From an uncultured Desulfospira sp. (GTDB lineage Bacteria; Desulfobacterota; Desulfobacteria; Desulfobacterales; Desulfobacteraceae): DNA of 64,000 nucleotides. The stretch is taken from assembly GCA_963663165.1 (NCBI GenBank), contig OY760175.1, positions 2,912,001-2,976,000 of the forward strand, written 5' to 3'. The notes below the pieces were generated by a model. The model was not told the origin of the DNA and searched no databases. It was given only the letters and a program-made list of their open reading frames with translations. The position numbers were made by a program, and so were the translations under genes. Positions 1-10,496 of this stretch are shown piece by piece; positions within the stretch are counted from its first letter, which is position 1; every line of letters begins with the position of its first letter.

Positions 1-453
1 GCCGCATTCGTCACAGGTATCAAGTTTGGGAATGGAAATGGTTTTTTCGGTTCCAAAGGCCGCTTCCATGAAGTCAATGGTCATGTTGTACCGCAGGTCC
101 GACCCTCTCTGGACACGGCCGCCCCTGCCCCCCCGGGAACCGCCGAATCCAAAAAAGTCTTCAAAAATATCCCCAAAGCTTGAAAAAATATCCTCAAATC
201 CTGAAGGCCCTGAATGGCCGGCCCCTTCAAGTCCCTGGTGGCCGAACTGGTCATAGATCTGCCGTTTGTTATCGTCAGACAGGACCTCGTAGGCTTCGGA
301 AGCCTCTTTAAATTTTTCCTCTGCCTCTTTGTTGTCGGGATTTTTATCCGGATGATATTTGATGGCCAGTTTCCGGTAGGCTTTTTTTAATTCAGGTTTT
401 CCAACATCCCGGGAAACCCCTAGAATTTCATAGTAGTCACGTTTTTCTGTCAT
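1..453 (-). CDS. dnaJ: Molecular chaperone DnaJ, 5' part (runs off the window edge)
   Basis: Manual translation from ATG at 453: [13 protein letters not shown]...KYHPDKNP (J domain HPD motif), G/F-rich region, RGSDLRY, first CxxCxG zinc-finger repeat at the edge; absent from the ORF track because truncated. Confidence 0.96.
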   Translation of the reverse strand, partial: MTEKRDYYEILGVSRDVGKPELKKAYRKLAIKYHPDKNPDNKEAEEKFKEASEAYEVLSDDNKRQIYDQFGHQGLEGAGHSGPSGFEDIFSSFGDIFEDFFGFGGSRGGRGGRVQRGSDLRYNMTIDFMEAAFGTEKTISIPKLDTCDECG

Positions 454-772
454 ATCCTGCCCAATTGCCGTTCTAACCGGTTTGAATTCCTCTTTGCCGC
501 CCGCTTTGGTTCTTTTTGCCGTTCATTGTGGCAGCAGCACTGTCTTTACCGGTTTTTAACCAGTGCCATGGTTTGTGAATCCAAGTGTTATGGTTTGTGT
601 TCTTGCTTCCTATATGCTATTTTGCCAACCTGCCGTCATCAAAGGCAAAGGAAACCGTGGCATCCTTTTTGCCCGAGAAGGTTAAGGCCCCGGCCCGGAA
701 ACCATATTGAAAGTCCGCAGCCGGTAAATTTAAAATTAACTTAAATTAATCCTAAAATTCAGGTTGTCAACG

Positions 773-1468
773 ATGAACAAAGAACTTGGTTTTGTCAAGG
801 ATATGTTTGACAAGATTGCCCCCCAATATGATTTTCTCAACCGGCTTCTCAGTCTCCGGCAGGATGTGGTCTGGCGGACCCAGATGGTTAAAGCCGCCCG
901 GGTAAAACCTGGCGGGCAGGTTCTTGACGTGGCCTGCGGCACCTGTGATGTGGCCATTGAGGTTTTAAAACAGCTCAAGGGGCGGATAAATGTTACAGGG
1001 GTCGATTTTTCTGTGGGCATGCTGAAACGGGGACAAAAAAAAACTATCCGGCACCCGCAAATCGGCCTGGTGAACGGGGACGCGCTGTGCCTTCCCTTTG
1101 GTTCCGGCACCGTTGACACGGTGATGATTGCCTTTGGCATCCGGAACATCATGAACCGGCAAGGCGCTTTGGAAGAGTTTGCCAGGGTTTTAAAGGATGG
1201 GGGGCGGCTGGCGGTCCTGGAACTAACCACCCCTGAAAAAGGGCTTTTAAGGGGTCTTTACCTGACTTATTTCCGGAAAATCCTGCCCCTGATCGGTTCA
1301 TTTTTTTCAAAGGACGCCCATGCCTATTCTTATCTTCCCGCGTCAGTTATCAAATTTCCGTCTGCCTTAAAATTTGCCGGAATAATGGCCGGTTCAGGGT
1401 ATACCGATATCCGGTTCAAGCCCATGACCATGGGAATTGTGACCCTGTTTGTGGGGACAAAGGAATAG
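773..1468 (+). CDS. ubiE: Demethylmenaquinone/ubiquinone C-methyltransferase (UbiE/MenG family)
   Basis: MFDKIAPQYDFLNRLLS, VLDVACGTCD SAM motif, FGIRN, YSYLPASV; ATG at 773 preferred over TTG at 764. Confidence 0.9.
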   Translation: MNKELGFVKDMFDKIAPQYDFLNRLLSLRQDVVWRTQMVKAARVKPGGQVLDVACGTCDVAIEVLKQLKGRINVTGVDFSVGMLKRGQKKTIRHPQIGLVNGDALCLPFGSGTVDTVMIAFGIRNIMNRQGALEEFARVLKDGGRLAVLELTTPEKGLLRGLYLTYFRKILPLIGSFFSKDAHAYSYLPASVIKFPSALKFAGIMAGSGYTDIRFKPMTMGIVTLFVGTKE

Positions 1469-1547
1469 TGTTTCTTGACAAGTTGAAGGGCCTGCCTTAT
1501 AACGGCTTGAATTATTACCTGTTTAACTTAAATATACCGGACAAAGT

Positions 1548-2219
1548 GTGAAATCGAATTTATGGTCCACCATTGAGGGAAAAATTCTGCTCCTTGGAAT
1601 TTTACTTAGCGGGATCCTACTGGGATACATCGGCTTTTATGTGGCGGTCGATCCAGGGACGGCAAAGGTTCTGGCCTTAGCCTTTATTGCCCATACCATC
1701 GGGGGCCGGGCTGCCGGCATAGGTCTTTGTATTTTAAACGAATTCGGGCCGGTGCTGACCATTGGGTATAATTTTTATTTAGAAATCCTGATTGTCTGTT
1801 TTACCTATTCCGGATTTATTTTAAGTACCACCAATTATCTTAAAATTGAATGGGTTTCCCGGTTTATGGGCCGGCTGGCGTTCAAAGCCATGGAACAAAA
1901 AGAAAAGGTCGCCTCCTATGGCTGGATCGGCATATTTTTATTTGTCATGGCCCCCCTGCCGGTTACCGGGCCTGTGGTGGGCTCCATCATCGGCTACATG
2001 ATCCGGCTGGGGGTGGTGAGAAACTTTTCAGCGACTTTTTTGGGAACCTTTACCGCCATTGGCATCTGGTATCTGTGCTTTGACTTTTTAGAGCAGCGGT
2101 TCCACATGATCCAGTACATCTTTGCCGCCATTGTACTGATGATTCTTATTCCCTACTTAAGAAGAATCAAACGGTTTATTGCCTACCTGATCAAAAAAGA
2201 ACCGGATGATTTAGGCTGA
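1548..2219 (+). CDS. Small multi-drug export-like membrane protein
   Basis: Several TM helices; GIFLFVMAPLPVTGPVVG motif typical of this family. Confidence 0.7.
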   Translation: MKSNLWSTIEGKILLLGILLSGILLGYIGFYVAVDPGTAKVLALAFIAHTIGGRAAGIGLCILNEFGPVLTIGYNFYLEILIVCFTYSGFILSTTNYLKIEWVSRFMGRLAFKAMEQKEKVASYGWIGIFLFVMAPLPVTGPVVGSIIGYMIRLGVVRNFSATFLGTFTAIGIWYLCFDFLEQRFHMIQYIFAAIVLMILIPYLRRIKRFIAYLIKKEPDDLG

Positions 2220-2240
2220 AGATTTTTAGACTGAAGGGGT

Positions 2241-2897
2241 TTAGCCGATATTAATTGAATTTTCTTCGCACCACTGAATAATTGCAGCTTGTTCTTTTTG
2301 TTTTTCGAAGTCATACCATTTCTGCAACAGGCCTTTGGAATCAAGCAGATCCTTATATCTTGAATAGGCCCCCCTTCTCCCAAATATATTGTAGACCCGT
2401 TCATAACTATCAGGGAGATATTTTTCTACAAATTTGAAAACAAGCTCCTTTCCCAAATCCAAATCATTTTTATGTGGGATTTCTATATGAATATCAGGAT
2501 TGTATTCATCTTCATCAAATTTTTCGGATTCTTCAAAATCTTCAAAATCTGATTGATAATATATCTTCCCGGTTGTCTTATCCAAAATAGCAGAATATTC
2601 ACCATATCCTGTATAACTTACAAACATTATTGCATTTTCTATATCACGAAAAAGCGGAGTGTCTATATGCTGTGCAGCTTCTTTTTCCTCAAAATCAGCC
2701 GGATTTAAGCTACACCCGTCCATATCATACTCATCAAAAACATCTTCAACTATGGAATAAGGCGGCCCATTATAATTGCGGGAATCCTGCTGATTAAGAT
2801 GAATCGCTACAATGACACGTGTTCCAATATCGGTACAACGCCATTTACCTGTCGCTGTATAGAATTCTTCCCCTATTTCAAAATCCTCTTTTTTCAT
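2241..2897 (-). CDS. AT-rich hypothetical protein with UPF0158-like C-terminal domain
   Basis: LDKTTGKIYY, RRGAYSRYKDLL, KWYDFE, WCEENSI resemble UPF0158; separate ~65-aa N-terminal domain. Confidence 0.7.
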   Translation of the reverse strand: MKKEDFEIGEEFYTATGKWRCTDIGTRVIVAIHLNQQDSRNYNGPPYSIVEDVFDEYDMDGCSLNPADFEEKEAAQHIDTPLFRDIENAIMFVSYTGYGEYSAILDKTTGKIYYQSDFEDFEESEKFDEDEYNPDIHIEIPHKNDLDLGKELVFKFVEKYLPDSYERVYNIFGRRGAYSRYKDLLDSKGLLQKWYDFEKQKEQAAIIQWCEENSINIG

Positions 2898-2952
2898 ATT
2901 TTCATTAATTCAAACAGGTCCGGTCATTGTTTGTGGCTAATAGCTAACAGCT

Positions 2953-3567
2953 CTATAGCAGCGAGCTTCTTTTCTTCTTGCGCGTACTCAACCCGATAAA
3001 AAGCCCCACAATAAACACCCCTGCCCCGCTGAGAAACCAGAGTTTCTCCTCGTTGTTCAGGTTCTTTTCCAGGGCCGCGATTTGATTTTTCTGTTCTTCG
3101 GATAAGTTGAGGACGGCTTTGTATTCAGCGTCCAGTTTTAAAAATTCGGCGGATTCAAGTTTAAGCTTGTTGTATTTTTCTTCGATATCCTTCAGGATAT
3201 TGTTTTGCCTGACCAGATCTTGATTTTTTTCTTCTAAAGTTGCCAGGGACGCCTCAATCTGCTCATTTTCCGCTTTTAATTTTTCCACGGTCCGGGTCAA
3301 GGGAACATCTTCGGTGAGAAACCGGGTCAACACCCATCCGATTTTGCCGTCTTCCGCCTTTACCCGGCACCAGTCCGGTTTATGTTCGATCACTTCAAGC
3401 TTGCTTCCAGACATGAGCATGGCAACAATTTTATGGTCCACGCCCGGTCCTGTCCGCATGGTTATCTTTGCAATCCCCTTGACATAGATATCCTGGGCCG
3501 CCACGGCAAAACCCGGCATTAAAAAAGTGAATCCCATAATCAAAAAGCAGATAACGAATTTTCTCAT
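2953..3567 (-). CDS. SH3 domain / coiled-coil / C-terminal TM protein (YgiM/TIGR04211-like)
   Basis: Signal peptide, ITMRTGPG...GWVLTRFL SH3b domain, coiled coil, WFLSGAGV TM and basic tail. Confidence 0.88.
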   Translation of the reverse strand: MRKFVICFLIMGFTFLMPGFAVAAQDIYVKGIAKITMRTGPGVDHKIVAMLMSGSKLEVIEHKPDWCRVKAEDGKIGWVLTRFLTEDVPLTRTVEKLKAENEQIEASLATLEEKNQDLVRQNNILKDIEEKYNKLKLESAEFLKLDAEYKAVLNLSEEQKNQIAALEKNLNNEEKLWFLSGAGVFIVGLFIGLSTRKKKRSSLL

Positions 3568-3651
3568 TTAGTCTCCTTAAAAACTTTCTTTATGGATTCA
3601 TCCTTTATCATTGCTCACGGGGTTTAATCAAGGCGGGAGTGAAGAAAATAA

Positions 3652-3754
3652 CAGACCGGAAGGCCGAAAGACGGAAACTGAAAGACCGGATCTGCTATGC
3701 CCCAAGGGCTGCATCTCCGGTCTTTCAGTCTTGCCGTTTCCGGTCTTCCGGTTT
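3652..3754. repeat. Imperfect inverted repeat built from short GACCGGA/TCCGGTC units
   Basis: GACGGAAACTGAAAGACCGGA ... TCCGGTCTTTCAGTCTTGCCGT; lies downstream of hsp20. Confidence 0.6.
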
Positions 3755-3767
3755 CCTTTTTTGGCTG

Positions 3768-4154
3768 TCAGGCCGCTTTAATCTCAATCATCCGGGGTTT
3801 GGCAGCTTCAGATTTGGGCAGATGGAGTTTCAGGACCCCGTTTTTAAGTTCTGCTTCCACTTTGGCCACATCAATGGTCTGGGGTACGGAAAACTTTCTG
3901 ACATATTCCACATCAGAGAACTCGGCCCAGGATGACACCCCTTTGGGTTCAAACCGTCTCACACCGGCCAGGGAAAGGGTGCCGTTGTCAATGTTTATAG
4001 ACACATTCTCTTTGACCACGCCGGGCATATCCACAAGCAACAGGATCTCGTCCTCATTTTCATAAATATCCACCCAGGGGATGGCGGTTTTTAACGCGCT
4101 TGTTTTTTCTACGGTGCTGCCTTGTTTTTCGGCTATATCTTTTCTGTCACTCAT
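3768..4154 (-). CDS. Hsp20/alpha-crystallin small heat shock protein
   Basis: PWVDIYE, DMPGV, AELKNGVLKLHLPK. Confidence 0.95.
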   Translation of the reverse strand: MSDRKDIAEKQGSTVEKTSALKTAIPWVDIYENEDEILLLVDMPGVVKENVSINIDNGTLSLAGVRRFEPKGVSSWAEFSDVEYVRKFSVPQTIDVAKVEAELKNGVLKLHLPKSEAAKPRMIEIKAA

Positions 4155-4335
4155 GAGAACCTCCTTTATCTGCCGCAGCCGGTTGAACTTTGGGTATTTA
4201 TGGCGGCGGCCGGTTTTATATTCACTTACACCTTCTAATTCAGGTGGTTAGACTGAAGGCTGAAGGCCAAAAGGATGCGATTGATAAACGTCGCCTTCGG
4301 CATAAACCCCTTCAGCCTAACCCACCTGTGTTATA

Positions 4336-4782
4336 TTAATGAACCGTAATCTGCCGGGGTTTGGCAGCTTCCGACTTGGGCAGGGACAGGTAGAGGATCC
4401 CGTCTTTCAGGGTGGCCTCAACCTTTTCAGCATCCACATCATCGGGCAGGGTAAAGCTTCTGGAAAAGGTGGCAGCGCTCCGCTCATTTTTATGGGCCTT
4501 GTACCCTTCGGGCGGGGTTACGCTCCGGTTGCCGCTGATCTCCAGGTAATTTCCCTGGATCTTGATATTCAGGTCGTCTTTTTCAACCCCGGGAACCTCT
4601 GCCTGGACTTCAAACCGGTCGCCGTTTTCAAAAATATTGGTTCTTGGAGAGTTGTAGGCCGTGGTAAGGGCCGGTCCATAAAGATACGCTTTTTCAGGGT
4701 CGCTGAAGATCCGGTCCATTTTATTGCGGAGCAGATCCATGGCCCCAAACATTCTGTCGATGTCGCTGATTCTTGTAAACAT
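4336..4782 (-). CDS. Hsp20/alpha-crystallin small heat shock protein
   Basis: AEVPGV, FSRSFTLP, ATLKDGILYLSLPK; AAGGAG RBS. Confidence 0.95.
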   Translation of the reverse strand: MFTRISDIDRMFGAMDLLRNKMDRIFSDPEKAYLYGPALTTAYNSPRTNIFENGDRFEVQAEVPGVEKDDLNIKIQGNYLEISGNRSVTPPEGYKAHKNERSAATFSRSFTLPDDVDAEKVEATLKDGILYLSLPKSEAAKPRQITVH

Positions 4783-4811
4783 AGTTCCGTCTCCTTTGTC
4801 TCATCCTTGTT

Positions 4812-4904
4812 TTATATGAAAGTCTCACTAACATCTTGAGAAGACTTTCATTATTTGTTGTGGGCGGTTCTTGGTTGGATAACCAAGGCGGCCCGTGGCC
4901 GTTA
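4812..4904 (+). repeat. Dispersed hairpin element family A, short form
   Basis: TTATATGAAAGTCTCACTAA...AGACTTTCA followed by core TTGTGGGCGGTTCTTGGTTGGATAACCAAGGCGGCCCGTGGCCGTTA. Confidence 0.9.
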
Positions 4905-5143
4905 TATGGGAGGCTTTTGTTGTTTTGCCTCCGGTCTGAGTTGAACATAAAATAGGCATAAATAATATTGTGTCAATAATATTTTTATTACTTTTATATT
5001 TTTTTTAAAAAAGTAATACACATTCGAATAAAAGCGTCGATCTCATAAAATTAACATATTTCTTATCTGGATCACGTGCTATAACAACAGATCATATGGC
5101 CGATAGACGGCCCCACACCTTTCTTTAAAAAAAGGGGCTACAT

Positions 5144-6103
5144 ATGAAATGGAATTTATCTCGACACATTGGAATGCCTGCGCTTTGCTGCATCCTGATC
5201 ATCAGTGTGTCAATCTCAACAGGCTTTGCCGGTGAAGGGGCAAAATCTGTTTACCTGATGGGGAAAGCCGGTCCTACTGCCGGCCTGATGCCCGGCCCCG
5301 GTTTATACATAAAAGATGATGTTTATTTTTATTCGGGCAGCACCGACGAACTGATCCCGTCATCGGGCCGGCTGGTGCAGGAACTTGACGCCACGGCACT
5401 GATCAACCTGACCACCATCACATGGGTTCCCGGCACCAAAATCGGCGGCGGAACATTGGGGCTTGGCCTTCTTATCCCTTACGGGTACCAGAATATTGAA
5501 GCGGATTTTGAACTGACAGGACCACAGGGCAACGTATTTTCCCGGGACCTTGGCGACAGTGTTACCAGTTTTGGCGATCCCATAGTCAATGCGGCACTGG
5601 GATGGCATGATGGATGCAGCCATTGGAATATCTACACGGCGGTATGGATCCCGGCAGGCGACTACAAAAAAGGGCGGCTGACCAACATGGGAACCAACCA
5701 CTGGGCCGGAGAACTTGGTGCCGGATATACCTGGCTGAACCCGAAGAGCGGCCTGGAAATTTCCGGAACCGCCGGCATCACCTTCAATGGGGAGAACCCG
5801 GATACCGATTACCAGACCGGCAGGGAGATCCACTTTGAGGGTGCCCTGATCCAGCATCTGCCCAACAAGATAGCTTTCGGCCTTGCCGGATATCTCTATC
5901 AGCAGCTGACCGGCGACAGCGGAGACGGGGCCGTTCTGGGCAGCTTTAAAGGCAGAACCATGGGTATCGGCCCCACATTGGCCTACACCTTTAAAAACAA
6001 TATGGCCCTTAATGTTCGCTGGTACCATGAATTTTCCGTTGAAAACCGGGTTAAAGGAGATGCGTTTTTTGCAACGCTGACCATCCCCTTTGCCCAGAAA
6101 TAA
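5144..6103 (+). CDS. Outer-membrane beta-barrel channel (SphA / phenol MetA-pathway family)
   Basis: Signal peptide, FGDPIV, PAGDY, GLAGYLYQQLTGDSG, alternating beta strands. Confidence 0.85.
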   Translation: MKWNLSRHIGMPALCCILIISVSISTGFAGEGAKSVYLMGKAGPTAGLMPGPGLYIKDDVYFYSGSTDELIPSSGRLVQELDATALINLTTITWVPGTKIGGGTLGLGLLIPYGYQNIEADFELTGPQGNVFSRDLGDSVTSFGDPIVNAALGWHDGCSHWNIYTAVWIPAGDYKKGRLTNMGTNHWAGELGAGYTWLNPKSGLEISGTAGITFNGENPDTDYQTGREIHFEGALIQHLPNKIAFGLAGYLYQQLTGDSGDGAVLGSFKGRTMGIGPTLAYTFKNNMALNVRWYHEFSVENRVKGDAFFATLTIPFAQK

Positions 6104-6157
6104 CCCGAAGCTTAATATATTTCGCACACTAACAAATCAAAAAAAGGAGATCCCCAA

Positions 6158-7558
6158 ATGATAAAAAAAATATGGCCTTCCTTTCTGGTGATGGTATGCC
6201 TGGCCATGCCGATCCTTGGCAGCCCGGCATCCGCCGCTTTAAACCAGGATGAGGAAATCGGGGCCCAGGCCTACATCTACGCTTTTCCAATGGTATTGAT
6301 GGAAATCACCCGGCGGTCCACCACCAATGTGGCTGAAGTCGGAGCAGGCGCATCCGGGCTCAATGCCCCCATGAACCAATTTTCCCATGTCCGGGACTTT
6401 CCGGATCACACCTTCACCGATGTGGTCCGGCCCAATGCGGACACCCTGTATTCCTGCCTCTGGTTTGATGTCACCAAAGAGCCCCTTGTCCTGTCCGTTG
6501 CCGATACAAAGGGGCGGTACTTTCTGCTCCCCATCCTTGATATGTGGACCGACGTCATTGCCTGCCCCGGCAGCCGGACCACGGGAACCGGAAACCAGAC
6601 CTACGCCATTGTGGGGCCGAACTTTGAAGGCCGCCTGCCCCAGGGGATCGAACCCATCCGCTGTCCCACGGGCATTGGCTGGATTATCGGCCGGACCCAG
6701 ACCAATGGCAAGGCCGACTATGATTATGTCCATCAGATTCAAGCCGGATACACGGTCGCTCCTTTAAGCCATTGGGGCAAGAATACCGCACCGGCCAAGG
6801 GCAGTGTCAATCCGGACTGGGACACCAAAACCCCGCCGCTCAAGCAGGTGCTGAACATGGAAACCACGGCATTTTTCCAGCTTTTTGCCGAACTGCTCAA
6901 GGACAATCCCCCCCATGAGATGGACTGGAATATGGTGGCCCAGCTCAAACAGATCGGCATGGTTCCGGGGCACTCCTTTGACGGCTCAGCCCTCACCGCC
7001 GAACAGAAAAAGGCCCTTGACCAGGCGGCACAAGAGGCCAAAAAACTAATTTCAAAAGGAAGCATGGGTGAAGCCGTAAACGGCTGGACGGTTTCCCGCG
7101 ACTTTATGGGAACTTACGCCACCTCCTATCTTCATCGCGCAGTGATTGCCATGATGGGGCTTGGGGCCAACCTGGCTGAGGATGCGGTGTATCCCTTAAC
7201 CCAGGTAGACCATGAAGGGAATGCTTACAACGGGGCCAACACCTATGTCATCCATTTTGACAAAGGCACCCTGCCGCCGGTAAAGGGATTCTGGTCCCTG
7301 ACCATGTACAATGAAAAAATGCTCTTTGTTGAGAACCCCATCGGGCGGTATGCCATCGGTGACCGGGACAAGCTTGAACTCAACCCGGACGGTTCCCTGG
7401 ACATCATCGTTCAGCATGCCTCGCCGGGAAAGGACAAAGAAGCCAACTGGCTGCCGGCCCCGGAAGGTAAATTTGACATGCTCATGCGCCTGTATTGGCC
7501 GGGTATGGATGTGCTTACCGGGGTGTGGATACCCCCGGCGGTCCAAAAGACAAATTAG
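6158..7558 (+). CDS. DUF1254/DUF1214 periplasmic protein
   Basis: AYIYAFP, VVRPNADTLYS, FWSLTMY, NWLPAP, MRLYWP. Confidence 0.93.
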   Translation: MIKKIWPSFLVMVCLAMPILGSPASAALNQDEEIGAQAYIYAFPMVLMEITRRSTTNVAEVGAGASGLNAPMNQFSHVRDFPDHTFTDVVRPNADTLYSCLWFDVTKEPLVLSVADTKGRYFLLPILDMWTDVIACPGSRTTGTGNQTYAIVGPNFEGRLPQGIEPIRCPTGIGWIIGRTQTNGKADYDYVHQIQAGYTVAPLSHWGKNTAPAKGSVNPDWDTKTPPLKQVLNMETTAFFQLFAELLKDNPPHEMDWNMVAQLKQIGMVPGHSFDGSALTAEQKKALDQAAQEAKKLISKGSMGEAVNGWTVSRDFMGTYATSYLHRAVIAMMGLGANLAEDAVYPLTQVDHEGNAYNGANTYVIHFDKGTLPPVKGFWSLTMYNEKMLFVENPIGRYAIGDRDKLELNPDGSLDIIVQHASPGKDKEANWLPAPEGKFDMLMRLYWPGMDVLTGVWIPPAVQKTN

Positions 7559-7573
7559 TGTTTGAACGAACAG

Positions 7574-8608
7574 TCACCCATCTGCAGGGGCGTTGGCCTC
7601 CTGGGGCGGGGCCTTTTGTTTTTTAAGGGAGACCTGGGCCGACATGCCCAGCTTTCTGAGTTCTTCGGTAAATGCAGCAAAAAAACCGGTATAGTAAAGG
7701 GGGACGGGGGGCTGGTCCCCTATGGCCATCTGAGTGGCCAGAAAAATATTATATTCCAGCCGGTATCCCCAGACCGTTATGGGCAGTTTAAATTCGTCCG
7801 GGGCACTGGCCTGGGCCGCAACCTGATCTTCTAGTTGTGAAAACCGGCCATCTTTGGGAATCATCTTTTCAAAGGCAAGCCCCTGGAGCAGGTCATGGGT
7901 ATGGCAGCCCTTAGGAATACCCGATGCGCCGATCAGCGCCCGTTTCATACCCGACAGCCATTGACGGTTGGCCCCGGGTCCCGGCATCAGGGCATTGATT
8001 TCCGATTTACTGTTTTGCAAAAACAGTTGATTTTTAATATTGTGGGACGCCTTTTCCGGAGAAGTGCCGCCCTGTGAGCGGCCTTTTTCCACAATGATGC
8101 CAAATCCAAGGCCGGCATAGTTTCTGGCATCGGAAAATTTAATCCCGGACAACAGGTACTCTATGCGGATCTTTTCCGGCGCTTTTTTAAACTGCTGGGC
8201 TTTCCAGGGTCCTTCCTCCCGGGTGCCGCTGATAATGGGTTCGGTACATGGCAGGCTGTTTTTATCCAGTTCCATATAAGTATCAAACAACGCAGACAGG
8301 TTATCTCTTCTTTTCAAATCCATCTGGTTCCAGAGGATAATGTCTTTTTCTTTTTGTGCGATTTTGCCTTTATAAATACGAAAACAGGCCAGGGTCGGGA
8401 TCGCAGTGACAACCAGGAAATACTGGAACAGGGACATGTAAAGGGAGCCGGGAAACAGACTCAGGCGATAAAAGAAAAACGGATAGGCCACCAAAATTGG
8501 CAGTGTATAGAGCAACGCCGTTCTTATCAAATAATTTCGGTTGTCACGCTGCCGTTCAAGGGCATATTGACTCATACTTTGCGGGTTTGACTCTTTTGAT
8601 GTTGCCAT
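7574..8608 (-). CDS. Hypothetical protein with two N-terminal TM helices
   Basis: 344-aa ORF with hydrophobic segments near the N-terminus; no family recognised. Confidence 0.65.
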   Translation of the reverse strand: MATSKESNPQSMSQYALERQRDNRNYLIRTALLYTLPILVAYPFFFYRLSLFPGSLYMSLFQYFLVVTAIPTLACFRIYKGKIAQKEKDIILWNQMDLKRRDNLSALFDTYMELDKNSLPCTEPIISGTREEGPWKAQQFKKAPEKIRIEYLLSGIKFSDARNYAGLGFGIIVEKGRSQGGTSPEKASHNIKNQLFLQNSKSEINALMPGPGANRQWLSGMKRALIGASGIPKGCHTHDLLQGLAFEKMIPKDGRFSQLEDQVAAQASAPDEFKLPITVWGYRLEYNIFLATQMAIGDQPPVPLYYTGFFAAFTEELRKLGMSAQVSLKKQKAPPQEANAPADG

Positions 8609-8709
8609 AAAGAAATAAGCCTATTGAAATTTCGTTCAGGCACCAATTAGGGCGGTTCGGTTTTGAGATGATGCTAAGTTATTGTCTTTTTACTGATCTT
8701 ATTGACGTT

Positions 8710-8858
8710 TTATAAGAAACTGGAGACAAGAAACAAGAGACAAGAGGGCGAAGCACCTGCGGGGCCCAATTTATAGTCTACCGTTGCTGGTATCTTCAGT
8801 TTCATTATTCGTTGTGGGCGGTTCTTGGCTGGATAACCAAGGCGGCCCGTGGCCGTTA
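8710..8858 (+). repeat. Dispersed element family A, long form (~150 bp)
   Basis: TTATAAGAAACTGGAGACAAGAAACAAG...TATCTTCAGTTTCATTA plus the family A core ending GGCCGTTA. Confidence 0.92.
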
Positions 8859-8978
8859 GTAAAGTTTAACCATCCCCTGCCGGAAAAATCAACACCCAAT
8901 TTACATAAATTTCCATTAATGATATGGCATCATCTTAACGGAACACCCTTAACCAGACGTTTATTTAGAGGTTTGCCC

Positions 8979-9203
8979 ATGGCTGTTTTTGGAAAAACCG
9001 GTTTTGTCCGGAAGCAGGAAATTCTTTTTGCGAAAAAACTTCTGGCATGGAAGTATGAAAATTCAGGCATGGAACTGCCCGATGATGCCGCCCTTTATGC
9101 CCATGCCGAAAAGGTTGTCGAGCAGGCCCACGTGATCGCCAGGAAAAGCGGTAAAAACGTACTGGAAATTTTAAACGAGCTTAAAGGGCAGGTAAGAAGG
9201 TGA
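8979..9203 (+). CDS. Small hypothetical protein (74 aa)
   Basis: GAGG RBS before ATG 8979; the longer track ORF is extended by repeat DNA. Confidence 0.65.
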   Translation: MAVFGKTGFVRKQEILFAKKLLAWKYENSGMELPDDAALYAHAEKVVEQAHVIARKSGKNVLEILNELKGQVRR

Positions 9204-9219
9204 GCCTGCCCCATCCGGA

Positions 9220-10326
9220 TCAGGATTCCACCCGGACAAACCCTGCCATGATCACCGCGCCGATAAAAAAGAATATTACGGCCATGCCGGCCTGGACCGG
9301 TGTCTCAGGAAGGACATTGATATTGGTATAAACCGGGACATTTTCAAGAAGCGCAATTCCCCCGGCCTGTTTGACATACTGCTCGGCCAGGACCATGACC
9401 TTCTTAAAGGGCCACAGGGCGTACAAAGAGCCTGCCATCAGGCCCGTCAGAAAGGCCATGGTGGCATCGTAATACCGGTTTAAAACATAGTTGACCAGCT
9501 TGGCAAACAGCAGACCGCCCACCACAATCCCTAAGCCGAAAGCCCCTAAAAATAAGAACGTATCGGCCTGGAAATGCCTTAAGGCCGAAATAGCGGAAAT
9601 CACCTCAAAATAGGCCCCCATGAGAATCAGGACAAGGGAACCGCTGATACCGGGCAGGACCATGGCGGAAATGGAAACCGCCCCGCACAACGCCGCATAG
9701 GCATATTCTTTGCCGGTATACTTCCCTGAAGATTCCACCGGCCCGGCCCCGGCTGTCCCGGCCGGGTCTGAGGCCTTGGCATACTGCTGTTTATAATGGT
9801 CTGATTTTATTTTGGCTTTGTCATAGGGATTGACCATGCCCGATACCATGATGGTCAGGCCGGCCCCCAGAATGGCCCAGAAAATCAGAACCGCTTTCAA
9901 CGATTTAAGCATCTTTACCGGGATCACTACAGAGACCAGAATCAATCCGAAAAACAAGGCATATGTCATGGAAAAATGGTAGAGCAGCAGGTACTTCATC
10001 AGGCTGGAAAGGGCCAGAATAGCCGCTACGGCCCCCAGCATGAGTTTAAACAAAAACAGAAAATCCGTGTCCTTTAGAAACCGGATCAATTGGGCCATAC
10101 TTTCCCGTGACCCCATTTTAACGGCCAGGTTTTTAACCAGCTTTAAACCAGTGAACAGATTGGCCCCGTTGATCCGGTTCAAAATGGCAAAAACCCGTTC
10201 ATAAATTTTAAACACCAGCAGAAAGGTGCCGCCGGAAACACCGGGAATGATATTGGCGGTTCCCAGACAGGCCCCTATGAGCAGTTCTTTGACAAGAGAA
10301 GATTGTTTATTCATTCGTGTAGACAT
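9220..10326 (-). CDS. DUF368 membrane protein (putative undecaprenyl-phosphate translocase)
   Basis: Repeated motifs ANIIPGVSGGT and AMVLPGISGS. Confidence 0.9.
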   Translation of the reverse strand: MSTRMNKQSSLVKELLIGACLGTANIIPGVSGGTFLLVFKIYERVFAILNRINGANLFTGLKLVKNLAVKMGSRESMAQLIRFLKDTDFLFLFKLMLGAVAAILALSSLMKYLLLYHFSMTYALFFGLILVSVVIPVKMLKSLKAVLIFWAILGAGLTIMVSGMVNPYDKAKIKSDHYKQQYAKASDPAGTAGAGPVESSGKYTGKEYAYAALCGAVSISAMVLPGISGSLVLILMGAYFEVISAISALRHFQADTFLFLGAFGLGIVVGGLLFAKLVNYVLNRYYDATMAFLTGLMAGSLYALWPFKKVMVLAEQYVKQAGGIALLENVPVYTNINVLPETPVQAGMAVIFFFIGAVIMAGFVRVES

Positions 10327-10391
10327 TAGGGGTTTAGACTAAAGGCATTCAGGCCAAAGGAATTCAGCCCTCCCACCGGCTCACTCTCTAA

Positions 10392-10487
10392 CTTACTCAC
10401 TTACTCACTTTCCCACTCTCCCACTCTCCCACTTTCTCACTTTCTCACTTTCTCACTTTCTCACTTTCCCACTTTCCCACTTTCCCA
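10392..10487. repeat. 8-bp tandem repeat array (ACTTTCTC/ACTTTCCC variants)
   Basis: About 12 degenerate units visible directly. Confidence 0.9.
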
Positions 10488-10496
10488 CCGGCCCAA

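Noticed and set aside
4945..4980. Heat-shock promoter or CIRCE upstream of hsp20
   Set aside because: TTGACA...CCTATTT on the minus strand is suggestive but too weak to call; no CIRCE inverted repeat seen
8784..8978. Recurrent ORF peptides such as LLVSSVSLFVVGGSWLDNQGGPWPL (also 16198, 31765, 63618, 4721)
   Set aside because: They are translations of repeat family A, with variable starts and no RBS; not a protein family
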